NCBI GenBank assembly: GCA_041650755.1
Contig: JBAZKN010000002.1
Location: 135,030-191,846 of the forward strand
Length of the DNA: 56,817 bases
DNA from: Patescibacteria group bacterium
GTDB taxonomy: Bacteria > Patescibacteriota > Patescibacteriia > UBA1558 > GWA2-36-10
Direction of reading: 5' to 3'
The notes beneath the pieces are model-generated. The model was given only the letters and a program-made list of their open reading frames with translations. It did not search any database and was not told where the DNA came from. The position numbers were made by a program, and so were the translations under genes. Numbering within the stretch: position 1 is the stretch's first letter; each line of letters starts with the position of its first letter. Shown in pieces: positions 9,344-18,002 of the stretch.

Positions 9344-10074
9344 AAATTATAGAGACAAAAAACTTAGTAAAACGATTTAATGGCGTACATGCTGTTGACC
9401 AACTTTCGCTCGGGATTGAGAAAGGAAAAATCACCGGCATTATCGGGCCGAACGGTTCTGGTAAAACAACATTCATCAATCTTTTAAGCGGAATTATAGA
9501 AATAGATAATGGAGAAATTATTATTGATGGTACAAAAAAAATTATAAGGATATTGCCACATAAAATTTATTTATACGGTATTACCCGAACATTTCAGGAT
9601 GTTCGACTTTTTGAACAGATAACGGTATTGGACAATATTTTAGTTATCGTGACGAAGAGGAATGTTTTTAGCTCCCTTTTTGAAAAACACACTGAATGCC
9701 ATCATAAAATTGCTGAAACCGTTTTGAATAAAGTCGGTCTTTGGGAAAAGAAAGATCAGTTGGTGATCAATCTTTCATACGGTCAGAGAAAACTTTTGGA
9801 GATTGCTCGAACGCTAGCGATGAAGTCTGAAATTTATCTTTTCGATGAACCTTTTGCGGGGCTTTTTCCAGAGATGAAAAAAATTGTTTCTAACATTATC
9901 CAAGAATTGCGGCAGGATAAAAAAACCGTTGTTTTGATTGAACATGATGTAGGTTTAATCCGAGAGCTTTGTGATCATATTTTTGTGATGGACGAAGGTA
10001 AATTATTGGCTGAAGGTAAACCTGAATCTGTTTTGGAAAAAGCAGAGGTTATCGGGGCGTATATTGGTGAATAA
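9340..10074 (+). CDS. livG: Branched-chain amino acid ABC transporter ATPase
   Basis: GPNGSGKTT, RTFQ, LSYGQRKLLEIAR, DEPFAG, IEHD. Confidence 0.9.
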   Translation: MKIIETKNLVKRFNGVHAVDQLSLGIEKGKITGIIGPNGSGKTTFINLLSGIIEIDNGEIIIDGTKKIIRILPHKIYLYGITRTFQDVRLFEQITVLDNILVIVTKRNVFSSLFEKHTECHHKIAETVLNKVGLWEKKDQLVINLSYGQRKLLEIARTLAMKSEIYLFDEPFAGLFPEMKKIVSNIIQELRQDKKTVVLIEHDVGLIRELCDHIFVMDEGKLLAEGKPESVLEKAEVIGAYIGE

Positions 10075-10083
10075 ATAATAAAT

Positions 10084-10803
10084 ATGAAGAAAGAAATTTT
10101 ACTACAAATTAATAATGTTTCAGTTCACTATGGTGGAGTAATCGCACTCGATGGTGTTGATATTTTGCTTAATGAGGGTGAAATTGTGGCTTTAATGGGA
10201 CCGAACGGCGCTGGCAAGTCAACAATACTTAAAACTATTTTCGGCTTGGGGCCGATTCATTCTGGAGAAATTTTATGGTGCGAAAAAGAAATAATACCAG
10301 TTCCTTATGAAGTAGTGAAACGTGGCATTTCTTTTGTGCCACAAGGCCGACGGGTATTTAGTCACTTAACAGTTGAAGAAAATTTGGAAATTGGCGGCTT
10401 TATTATTAATGATAGAAAGAAATTGAAAATACGAATCACCGAAGTGATGGAAATATTTCCAATATTGAAGCAAAAACATAAATCTCAAGCTGGGACGCTT
10501 TCCGGTGGCCAACAGCAGATGCTCGCTTTAGCACGAGGGTTGATGACTAAACCGAAAGTTTTGCTGCTCGACGAACCATCACTTGGTCTTGCGCCTAAAA
10601 TTGTTAAAGAAGTTTTTGCGAAGATTAAAGAAATAAACGAGAAACACAAAACGGCATTTTTAATAGTTGAACATAATATCAAATCATTGCTTGATATCGC
10701 TAGTCGCGGTTATGTTTTAGACAAAGGGAGCGTGGTAGCAGAAGAGTCTTCACAGAAAATTCTTAAAAGCGGCATTTTAGAAAAGGTATTTGTGGGAAAA
10801 TAG
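10084..10803 (+). CDS. livF: Branched-chain amino acid ABC transporter ATPase
   Basis: GPNGAGKST, VPQGRRVF, LTVEENL, LSGGQQQMLALAR, LDEPSLGLAP. Confidence 0.92.
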   Translation: MKKEILLQINNVSVHYGGVIALDGVDILLNEGEIVALMGPNGAGKSTILKTIFGLGPIHSGEILWCEKEIIPVPYEVVKRGISFVPQGRRVFSHLTVEENLEIGGFIINDRKKLKIRITEVMEIFPILKQKHKSQAGTLSGGQQQMLALARGLMTKPKVLLLDEPSLGLAPKIVKEVFAKIKEINEKHKTAFLIVEHNIKSLLDIASRGYVLDKGSVVAEESSQKILKSGILEKVFVGK

Positions 10804-10851
10804 ATTTTATTTTAGTCACTTTATAGAGACTTAATTTTATATTATTAAGGC

Positions 10852-10887
10852 AAATAAAAAAGATACCAAATTGGTATTTTTTTATTT
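10852..10887. terminator. Bidirectional intrinsic terminator between liv operon and tRNA cluster
   Basis: A-tract, ATACCAA-A-TTGGTAT hairpin, T-tract. Confidence 0.65.
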
Positions 10888-10894
10888 AAGTACC

Positions 10895-11025
10895 TCGTGC
10901 TAGCACGATGTCCCTCGATGCGCTTCGCTTACTTGGGACATTCGACTAGTGAGTGGTAGAAGTCCGAGGCAAGGCCGAGGATGTAGACCATGAGCGACCT
11001 CGAGCGTAGCCGAGAGGGAGTCGAA
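10895..11025 (-). repeat. Multi-module palindromic trailer of tRNA-Ser(TGA)
   Basis: TTCGACTC-hairpin-TCGCTCATGGTCTAC module followed by ATGTCCCAAGTAAGCGAAGCGCATCGAGGGACAT, similar to the module behind tmRNA; ends in the 14-bp palindrome TCGTGCTAGCACGA. Confidence 0.85.
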
Positions 11026-11115
11026 TGGCGGAGAGTGAGGGATTCGAACCCCCGATCCACTTGCATGGATAACAGTTTTCAAGACTGCCGCATTCGACCA
11101 CTCTGCCAACTCTCC
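11026..11115 (-). tRNA. tRNA-Ser(TGA)
   Basis: GGAGAGT/ACTCTCC acceptor, anticodon loop CTTGAAA, long variable arm, TTCGAAT, CCA. Confidence 0.96.
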
Positions 11116-11153
11116 AAAATTTTTTATATTCGACCCAGCTCTATCAACAAAAG

Positions 11154-11203
11154 TGGCCGAAGGCCATGAGCGACCCTGCGCCGTATGGTGCAGGGGAGTC
11201 GAA
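11154..11203 (-). repeat. Palindromic trailer of tRNA-Arg(GCG)
   Basis: TTCGACTC-CCCTGCACCATACGGCGCAGGG-TCGCTCATGGCC directly after CCA. Confidence 0.85.
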
Positions 11204-11279
11204 TGGCGTCCCCGAGAGGAGTCGAACCTCTAACCTCTTGGACCGCAACCAAGTGCTCTATCCATTAAGCTACGGGGAC
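11204..11279 (-). tRNA. tRNA-Arg(GCG)
   Basis: GTCCCCG/CGGGGAC acceptor, CTTGG-TTGCGGT-CCAAG anticodon arm, TTCGACT, CCA. Confidence 0.95.
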
Positions 11280-11348
11280 ATGATAAATATTATTTTTAAG
11301 TAGCGGTAGAGTGTTTAGGTTAAGTGCCTAAAACACGCAAGGTTTTAC

Positions 11349-11374
11349 GCCATGCACCCTACGTGGTGCATGGC
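11349..11374. repeat. 10-bp perfect hairpin overlapping the CCA end of tRNA-Ser(GCT)
   Basis: GCCATGCACC-CTACGT-GGTGCATGGC. Confidence 0.85.
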
Positions 11375-11462
11375 GGAGAGGGTGGGATTCGAACCCACGG
11401 ACCGGTTTAACCCAGTCAACAACTTAGCAGGTTGCTGCTTTCAGCCGCTCAGCCACCTCTCC
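11371..11462 (-). tRNA. tRNA-Ser(GCT)
   Basis: GGAGAGG/CCTCTCC acceptor, anticodon loop CTGCTAA, long variable arm, TTCGAAT, CCA. Confidence 0.96.
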
Positions 11463-11485
11463 ATGTAAAAATATTTAACTGCTAT

Positions 11486-11514
11486 ATCATAATACATTTT
11501 GCTGATTTTGGCAA
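11486..11514 (-). promoter_or_regulatory. Sigma70-type promoter of tRNA cluster
   Basis: TTGCCA-17 nt-TATGAT on the minus strand, ~23 nt upstream of tRNA-Ser(GCT). Confidence 0.6.
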
Positions 11515-11516
11515 CC

Positions 11517-12212
11517 CTAGTTTTTAGCTAAAACTAGGCAAATTATTTGCTTAAAGCCGACCTGTTTTAATATTTTTGCTGCCTGATCTAAGGTGGCGCC
11601 GGTAGTTGCTACATCATCGATTAAAATAATATTATTTTTGCTAATATTAGCCAAATTTGGTATTTTTTTATTGATAACAAAAGCATCTGCTACATTGGTC
11701 TGCCGCTGCTTCTTATTGAGTTGAGCCTGGGTTTTTGTGTATTTTTTTCTGGATAATAGTGGCCAATAGACCAGATTTGTTTTTTTAGCCAAAGCCATAG
11801 CCAAAATTTGTGTTTGGTCAAATCCCCGCTGCCGTGCTTTGCGTGGGTGTAAGGGGATATTGGTAATGATAGTGTTGCTTGGCAGATTTATTTTTTGCAA
11901 GCGGGCAAACAAAGCCATGGCTAAAATGGATGCCAAACTCTCCAGATATTTATATTTAAAATGCTTGATCAGTTTTTGTACCAATCTTTGGTGGTAATCA
12001 AGACAGACATAGCAAGCAGTAAAATGAAAATTTTCTTCTGGCCAGGGTTTGGGCCCTATATTGACGGCCAATAATTGATTGACGCAATTTTGGCAACAGA
12101 GAGATCCTTCTCGACCACAACCCAGACAAAATCTGGGCCAGACATAATCCAGGAGTGCAAAAAATATTTTTTTGACTTCCAGAAAAAAGTTATTTAAAAA
12201 ATAATTAGACAT
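11517..12212 (-). CDS. comF: ComF family competence protein (phosphoribosyltransferase fold)
   Basis: CLGC...CQNC zinc ribbon, RGFDQT, R..NVADAF, ILIDDVATTGATL. Confidence 0.9.
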   Translation of the reverse strand: MSNYFLNNFFLEVKKIFFALLDYVWPRFCLGCGREGSLCCQNCVNQLLAVNIGPKPWPEENFHFTACYVCLDYHQRLVQKLIKHFKYKYLESLASILAMALFARLQKINLPSNTIITNIPLHPRKARQRGFDQTQILAMALAKKTNLVYWPLLSRKKYTKTQAQLNKKQRQTNVADAFVINKKIPNLANISKNNIILIDDVATTGATLDQAAKILKQVGFKQIICLVLAKN

Positions 12213-12242
12213 AGCGCTTTTCTTGGATTTTCTTGTTTAAAA

Positions 12243-14720
12243 TTATTGGATGATGATTTTGTTTTGATGACTTAGAGTAATTTTTATTTTGTCGGTTTTT
12301 TTATTTAATAGATGAGCGGCTATTGGATTGGCTAGTTTTTCATCAATCAGGCGTTTGAGGCCGCGGGCGCCTTCTTTGAGCTGGCTGTGGTGTTTTATCA
12401 GCCAATTGATGACGCGGCTGTCTACTGCCAGCTCGACATTTTGTTCGGCCAAAGTTGCGGTCAAGCGGGCAATATCCTGCCGGATTATTTTTTTGCCAGC
12501 CGTTTGATCGATCGGCTCGAAGACAATGATATTGTTGAGACGATTAATAAACTCAGGCGGTATATAGTTTGGCAGGGAAGAAATGATTTGCTTGCTGACT
12601 GATTCAAATTTATTTTTATTGCCACTATCATCATCGGTGGCGAATCCCAAAGTGGCCTGTTGGTTGAATTCTGATAAGCCGATATTTGAAGTCATGATAA
12701 TGACGCAGTTGCGGAAATTGACTGTTCGGCCAGTAGCATCAGTCAGCTCACCTTCCTCAAGGATGGGTAAGAGTAGGTTAAACACGTCAGGGTGGGCTTT
12801 TTCTATTTCGTCAAATAAAATCAGGATATAGGGCTTATTTTTTACTATATCAGTCAGCTTATTGCCTTCTTTGTAGCCGACATAGCCGGCCGGGGCGCCA
12901 ATTAGCTTGGAAATATTAAAACCTTCACTAAATTCTGACATATCCAAGCGCAGAAGGTTATGAGTGCCGCCAAAGATATATTGAGCCAGCTGTTTGGCGG
13001 TTTCTGTCTTGCCTACGCCGCTCGGCCCTAGGAAAATAAAAGAAGCCAGAGGTTTATTTTTATCAGCCAGACCTGCTTTGGCCTGCCTAATAGTGTTGGC
13101 AATGGTAGCCAGAGCCTTGTTTTGGCCGAAAATGTGCTGGCCCAAATATTTTTCTAGATTAAGCAGACGCTTGTTGTCATCAGTAGTTAATGCCAAAATT
13201 GGCACTCCAGTCATGCCGGAAATAATTTCTTGTATATGGCCAGCGTCAATGCGCCCATATTTAGCTTTTTGCTGTTTATCTTCTTGGGCCTGCAGGCGCA
13301 GGAGCTCCTCAATATATTTTTCTTCCTGGTCGCGGTACTGCAAAGCCGCCAGATAATCTTCGGCTAAAATTGCCTGTTTTTTATTTTGCTGGCTATTATT
13401 TACATTTTCTTGGGCTTGTTTGATTTTTTTAGCTAGACTTTTTTTGGTATTTTGGACACGCAATTTAGCGGCTGCTTCATCGATCAAGTCAATGGCCTTG
13501 TCGGGCAGCTTTTTATCCGGTAAAAAGCGTTTGCTCAAAGTGACGGCCGCCTGAATAGCTTCGTCAGAGATAATGACATGGTGGAATTTTTCATAGTTTG
13601 ATTTTATTCCTTGCAATATTTCCAGAGTTTCCGCTTCACTGGATTCGTTGATGATGATGGCTTGAAAGCGGCGTTCTAGCGCCCGGTCACTTTCAATATG
13701 TTTTTTGTATTCTTCAAAAGTAGTGGCGCCGATACAGTGCAGCTGGCCGCGAGCCAGGGCCGGCTTTAGGATATTGGCCGCATCCAAAGATCCGGCAGTC
13801 GCTCCCGCACCCATGATGGTATGTAATTCGTCAATAAATAGTATGATGTTGGGATCATTTTTTATTTCATTGATGACTTGTTTGAGGCGATTTTCAAATT
13901 CGCCTCTGTACATGGTGCCGGCTATTAGCCCCGAGATATCCAGATTTAATATTGTTTTATTTAATAGGACATCGGGCACTTGACCTTCGGTGATGCGCTT
14001 GGCTAGGCCCTCGATAATGGCTGTTTTGCCGACGCCAGCATCACCCAAAAGCACTGGGTTGTTTTTGGTGCGACGAGATAGTATTTCTATCAGGCGGTCA
14101 ATTTCTTTTTGCCGGCCGATGACTGGGTCGATATCTTTTTGCACCTCCTGGCTAGTCAGATTGATGGTGAAGTTGTGCAAAGCGCTACCTTCGTCTAAGT
14201 TATCTTCAATCAATTTTTCTAGTTCTTGGGCAGCTTCTTCGCTGGTCAGATCGCTGAATTTAGAGGTGCTTTTTAAAATCAGATTCAGATGCTGGCGCAG
14301 GTTAGACAGATTGATGTTGGCTTGGCGGAAAAGATCATAAGTATTTTCATCTTGGCTGTTGGCCAGCCCCCAGAGCAGGTGCTCGGTGCCGATATATTGG
14401 TGCTGAAATTTATAGGCAGCTACCACTGCTTTTTCAATGATAGTCTGAGTTGAGGCTGATGGTTGCGGCAAACTGGCCGGGTCTGCATTGTTTTTTATTG
14501 TGTTGTTATCCGTTGGCTTTAAAAAATCTTGATTGACATGTTGCCTGGTCAGAATATCAGAACCTAGGGCACCTTTGGTGCTGAGCAGTGATGACAAAAG
14601 GTCAGCCGGTTCGATTTGGTCGTTATTTTTGGTAAAAGCTAAATTTTGTGCATTAATCAGCACTTTTTTGAAGTGATAAGTGAATTTATTCAATATGTCA
14701 GAAGTTTGGTCTTGGGCCAT
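12243..14720 (-). CDS. clpC: ATP-dependent Clp protease ATP-binding subunit (ClpC-type)
   Basis: Two N-domain repeats (GTEHLL), [44 protein letters not shown]. Confidence 0.92.
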   Translation of the reverse strand: MAQDQTSDILNKFTYHFKKVLINAQNLAFTKNNDQIEPADLLSSLLSTKGALGSDILTRQHVNQDFLKPTDNNTIKNNADPASLPQPSASTQTIIEKAVVAAYKFQHQYIGTEHLLWGLANSQDENTYDLFRQANINLSNLRQHLNLILKSTSKFSDLTSEEAAQELEKLIEDNLDEGSALHNFTINLTSQEVQKDIDPVIGRQKEIDRLIEILSRRTKNNPVLLGDAGVGKTAIIEGLAKRITEGQVPDVLLNKTILNLDISGLIAGTMYRGEFENRLKQVINEIKNDPNIILFIDELHTIMGAGATAGSLDAANILKPALARGQLHCIGATTFEEYKKHIESDRALERRFQAIIINESSEAETLEILQGIKSNYEKFHHVIISDEAIQAAVTLSKRFLPDKKLPDKAIDLIDEAAAKLRVQNTKKSLAKKIKQAQENVNNSQQNKKQAILAEDYLAALQYRDQEEKYIEELLRLQAQEDKQQKAKYGRIDAGHIQEIISGMTGVPILALTTDDNKRLLNLEKYLGQHIFGQNKALATIANTIRQAKAGLADKNKPLASFIFLGPSGVGKTETAKQLAQYIFGGTHNLLRLDMSEFSEGFNISKLIGAPAGYVGYKEGNKLTDIVKNKPYILILFDEIEKAHPDVFNLLLPILEEGELTDATGRTVNFRNCVIIMTSNIGLSEFNQQATLGFATDDDSGNKNKFESVSKQIISSLPNYIPPEFINRLNNIIVFEPIDQTAGKKIIRQDIARLTATLAEQNVELAVDSRVINWLIKHHSQLKEGARGLKRLIDEKLANPIAAHLLNKKTDKIKITLSHQNKIIIQ

Positions 14721-14726
14721 AAAAAT

Positions 14727-15599
14727 TTATATTTTTCTTAAAGCGGCAATCCGTTCCTCAATCGGCGGATGAGTAGAAAACAAATTGGCTACATTTTTTC
14801 CAGAAAAAGGATTGGCGATATATAGGTGAGCAGTGGCTTTATTGGCGTGCTTTAGAGCCTGACTTTGGGCAGAGATTTTTTCTAGAGCTCTGGCTAAGCC
14901 CTCTGGATAGCGGGTCAAAAGGGCGCCGCTGGCATCAGCCAAAAATTCACGCCGACGGGAAATTGATAGCTGGATTAGTTTGGCAAATAAGGGAGATAAA
15001 ATACTTAAGATAATGCCGATTAGCATAATGATGCCATTGCTGCCTCGGTCATTATTATCTCGGCCGCGCCACATAAAACTGCGCAGCAGCCAATCCGCTA
15101 AAAGGGTGATGATACCTACACAGACAATGACAATCATCATCAGGCGGATATCATAATTTTTGACATGAGATAATTCGTGGGCAATGACTCCTTCCAGCTC
15201 TTCATTTTCTAAGCCTTTGATAATCCCGGTAGTTAAGGCAATAGAGGAGTGCTGGGGGTCGCGTCCGGTAGCAAAAGCATTCATGGCCGGATCGTTGATG
15301 ATATATATTTGCGGCATTGGTAGACCGGCAGTGATGCATAGGTTTTCTACCAAGCGGTAAATATATGGGTTGTCAGCTTTGACCAGTGGTTTGGCTCCGG
15401 CAGTAGCTAAGGCGATTTTGTCGCCAGCCAGCCAGCTGATGAGATTTAGTATTGTGGCCAATAAAACAGCGATGATTACTGGTCCATATTGGTCGCCTGA
15501 GTATTTGCCCCAGACCCAGCCTAGAGCAACGATTACTACAGCAAAAATAAGCATCAAAGCCCAGCTTTTTCTTTTGTTATCGTCTATTTGTGAGTACAT
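14727..15599 (-). CDS. htpX: M48 zinc metalloprotease HtpX
   Basis: NAFATG, HELSH, SRRREFLADA, FSTHPPIEERI. Confidence 0.93.
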   Translation of the reverse strand: MYSQIDDNKRKSWALMLIFAVVIVALGWVWGKYSGDQYGPVIIAVLLATILNLISWLAGDKIALATAGAKPLVKADNPYIYRLVENLCITAGLPMPQIYIINDPAMNAFATGRDPQHSSIALTTGIIKGLENEELEGVIAHELSHVKNYDIRLMMIVIVCVGIITLLADWLLRSFMWRGRDNNDRGSNGIIMLIGIILSILSPLFAKLIQLSISRRREFLADASGALLTRYPEGLARALEKISAQSQALKHANKATAHLYIANPFSGKNVANLFSTHPPIEERIAALRKI

Positions 15600-15679
15600 A
15601 AATTTTATAGCTTTTATTATAAAAAGATAACAAAATTAGCACTCGTTGTCAATGTTTGCTAATGATTGTTTGTAATAAA

Positions 15680-15716
15680 AACAACCCGTCAAGTTGGATC
15701 AGTTTGACGGGTTGTT
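15680..15716 (-). terminator. Intrinsic terminator after lemA
   Basis: 13-bp arms AACAACCCGTCAA / TTGACGGGTTGTT, with a T-run on the minus strand. Confidence 0.75.
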
Positions 15717-15727
15717 GATTGAGAAAT

Positions 15728-16285
15728 TTAGAACTTTACTTGAACATTTTCTTTTTCGGCCGGATTGTCTATGCCAAAAAAGTCATAATTTTTGAAGCCC
15801 AGCATATTAGCAAAGATATTGGTAGGGAAGACCTGAATTTTAGTATTGAAATCTCTTACTTGTCCGTTATAGAAGCGTCGGGCAGCTTGGATTTTATTTT
15901 CAGTGTCTGAAATCTCATCTTGTAGTTGAAGAAAATTTTGCGAAGCTTTTAGTTCCGGATAGCCTTCGGCCACAGCGAACAAGCTTTTTAAAGTGTTGGA
16001 CAGAGCATCTTCAGCTTTGGCCTTATCAGCTGTACTGGTAGCTTGCATAGCTTTTGATCTGGCTTCAGTAACCTTGGTGAAAACTCCAGCTTCATGCTTC
16101 ATATATCCTTTGACAGTTTCAATCAAATTCGGGATCAAATCATAGCGTCTTTTTAGCTGTACATCAATATCTGACCAGGCTTCTTGAACGCGATTTTTGA
16201 GTCTGATCAGGCCATTGTATACGCCGACCAGCCACAAAGCAATCAATACAACTATGATCAGGATTATTAATAAGGTTTTTGACAT
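15728..16285 (-). CDS. lemA: LemA family protein
   Basis: YNGLIRLKNRVQEAWSDIDVQLKRRYDLIPNL, YPELKAS, ARRFYN; ATG at 16285 chosen. Confidence 0.95.
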   Translation of the reverse strand: MSKTLLIILIIVVLIALWLVGVYNGLIRLKNRVQEAWSDIDVQLKRRYDLIPNLIETVKGYMKHEAGVFTKVTEARSKAMQATSTADKAKAEDALSNTLKSLFAVAEGYPELKASQNFLQLQDEISDTENKIQAARRFYNGQVRDFNTKIQVFPTNIFANMLGFKNYDFFGIDNPAEKENVQVKF

Positions 16286-16494
16286 AGTTTTGCTAGTTAA
16301 TTTTATTAAATAATAGACTTTTATTGTACTAGAGATTGGTTTTTTTAGCAAATTGACCCTGACTGTATAAAATTTATTTTTTTATCCACAAGTCTAGTAT
16401 TGATATGGCAAAATATGTTATAATTTGGTCATGGAGTTCCCAAAATAGTGGAGCCACTCTTTGATATAATATAGGAATTATTTATTTAAAAAAT

Positions 16495-17979
16495 ATGAAA
16501 AAAACTAAAATTTGGCCATTGTCCGTTTTAGTCATTATAGTTTCTGTTTTGAGCATTGTGGTGATAGAAAACGGGGCAAAGGCTCTCTGGGTGCAGCCGA
16601 CTACTTTACCAGGGACCACTAGCCTCACTAATAATATAGTTTTTACACCGCTGTCTCAAAATTTGGACCTTGGTTCAAGCCAGATTATTAAGGGTGGTAC
16701 GGATTTTTATATTAATCCCGACGGTCTGACCGGCATGAAGATAAGTGGCAGCGGCCTGGGAGCGGATATTAGTAGCCCAGTAGTTGGGGCCAGCATTAGC
16801 GGCACTAATGTCGGCGCAAGCTTGACCGGTACAACCGCCGCCTTGTTTCATGGCCAGATTTGCTTTAATGACCCTAGTGTCCCCAGCAATTGTATTAGTT
16901 CCTGGCCATCAGCCGGGACTTCTTACTGGACATTGGCTGGTAATGATATTAGCAATAACAATTCAGGCAATGTTAATATTGGCTCGTTGTGTTTAAGTGG
17001 CGTATGTCGGACAGATTGGCCAGCAGCTGGAGCTACTTATTGGACCCTGAATGGTAATAATATCAGCAATAACAATTCAGGCAATGTAGGTATTGGCACC
17101 AGCAACCCAAACCGTAAACTGCATGTAGCTGATTCCGCTAATAATGCCGAGATAGACTTGCAGACTGGTAGCAATAATTATTGGGCCATTTATCATGACA
17201 GTGCTACAGAGGATTTGCGTTTTTGGAACAGTGATTCTACTAGTGGTGATCAAAACGTTTTATATCTCACACACAGTGGCAATGTTGGTATTGGCGGTGC
17301 TCCACAGACCGCTCGTTTGAATGTGTTGACTAATACTGACTATATTTTTGCTATCAATGGTGAATCAACTGCTGCCTTGGGTCTTGGTGTGAATGGCAAA
17401 GGTTGGATTGGTTTAGCTGCTCAAGGCGTGGGCTCAAATAGTGTTGCTATGGTTGCCGTGGCTGCTGCTGGCGCTGGCATTACTGGCGCTAGAGCTGCTA
17501 GTTTTTCCGGCGATATTTATGCAGATAGCAATATGGCTATTAGCACTACTCCTTCTTCTAGCTATAAATTACGTGCCGTTGCCAGCGGTACTTCTGGTAG
17601 TGCGACAGCTATTCGTGGCGATAGTGTTACGGGCTACGGTGTTTATGGGTACGCATCGGATCCTACTTCTGGTACGGGTGTTTATGGCCGAGGCATGACA
17701 GGTGTTAAAGGCGTGGCTTTGACTGGCGGCATGGCCGGGTCTTTTGATGGCTCGGTGGAGATTAATAATGCTGGCGTTTTAAATGTTTCTGGCTTGGTTA
17801 CCAGTGCTGGTGGTTTTCGCAGCGTTGGTGTTAATGGATATTTTTACTTAACTAGTGTCAGCGCGCCTACTATCACTTGTGTAGATAATACTAATCGTGG
17901 GGCAATATACTTTGATCAAACTAATCGTTTGTATGTTTGTACCGGAGCGGGTGGCTGGAGATATACTACCCTTAACTAG
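16495..17979 (+). CDS. Secreted Gly/Ser/Ala-rich fibre-like surface protein
   Basis: N-terminal hydrophobic segment, duplicated C..WP..YWTL.GN.ISNNNSGNV unit, GNVGIG repeats, C-terminal GAIYFD...LYVCTGAGGW. Confidence 0.75.
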   Translation: MKKTKIWPLSVLVIIVSVLSIVVIENGAKALWVQPTTLPGTTSLTNNIVFTPLSQNLDLGSSQIIKGGTDFYINPDGLTGMKISGSGLGADISSPVVGASISGTNVGASLTGTTAALFHGQICFNDPSVPSNCISSWPSAGTSYWTLAGNDISNNNSGNVNIGSLCLSGVCRTDWPAAGATYWTLNGNNISNNNSGNVGIGTSNPNRKLHVADSANNAEIDLQTGSNNYWAIYHDSATEDLRFWNSDSTSGDQNVLYLTHSGNVGIGGAPQTARLNVLTNTDYIFAINGESTAALGLGVNGKGWIGLAAQGVGSNSVAMVAVAAAGAGITGARAASFSGDIYADSNMAISTTPSSSYKLRAVASGTSGSATAIRGDSVTGYGVYGYASDPTSGTGVYGRGMTGVKGVALTGGMAGSFDGSVEINNAGVLNVSGLVTSAGGFRSVGVNGYFYLTSVSAPTITCVDNTNRGAIYFDQTNRLYVCTGAGGWRYTTLN

Positions 17980-18002
17980 TCGATTATATTATTTAAGTTT
18001 TA

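Noticed and set aside
10900-11109. 69-aa minus-strand ORF
   Set aside because: It overlaps tRNA-Ser(TGA) and its trailer
16382-16390. Perfect DnaA box TTATCCACA between lemA and the pilus locus
   Set aside because: It is a single copy, and a rough base-composition estimate gives on the order of one chance hit per window; there is no box cluster, dnaA or dnaN nearby, so it is not called oriC
16495-17979. Prophage tail gene
   Set aside because: It has a signal or anchor segment, no S74 chaperone motif was recognised, and there are no other phage genes; the context is the pilus locus
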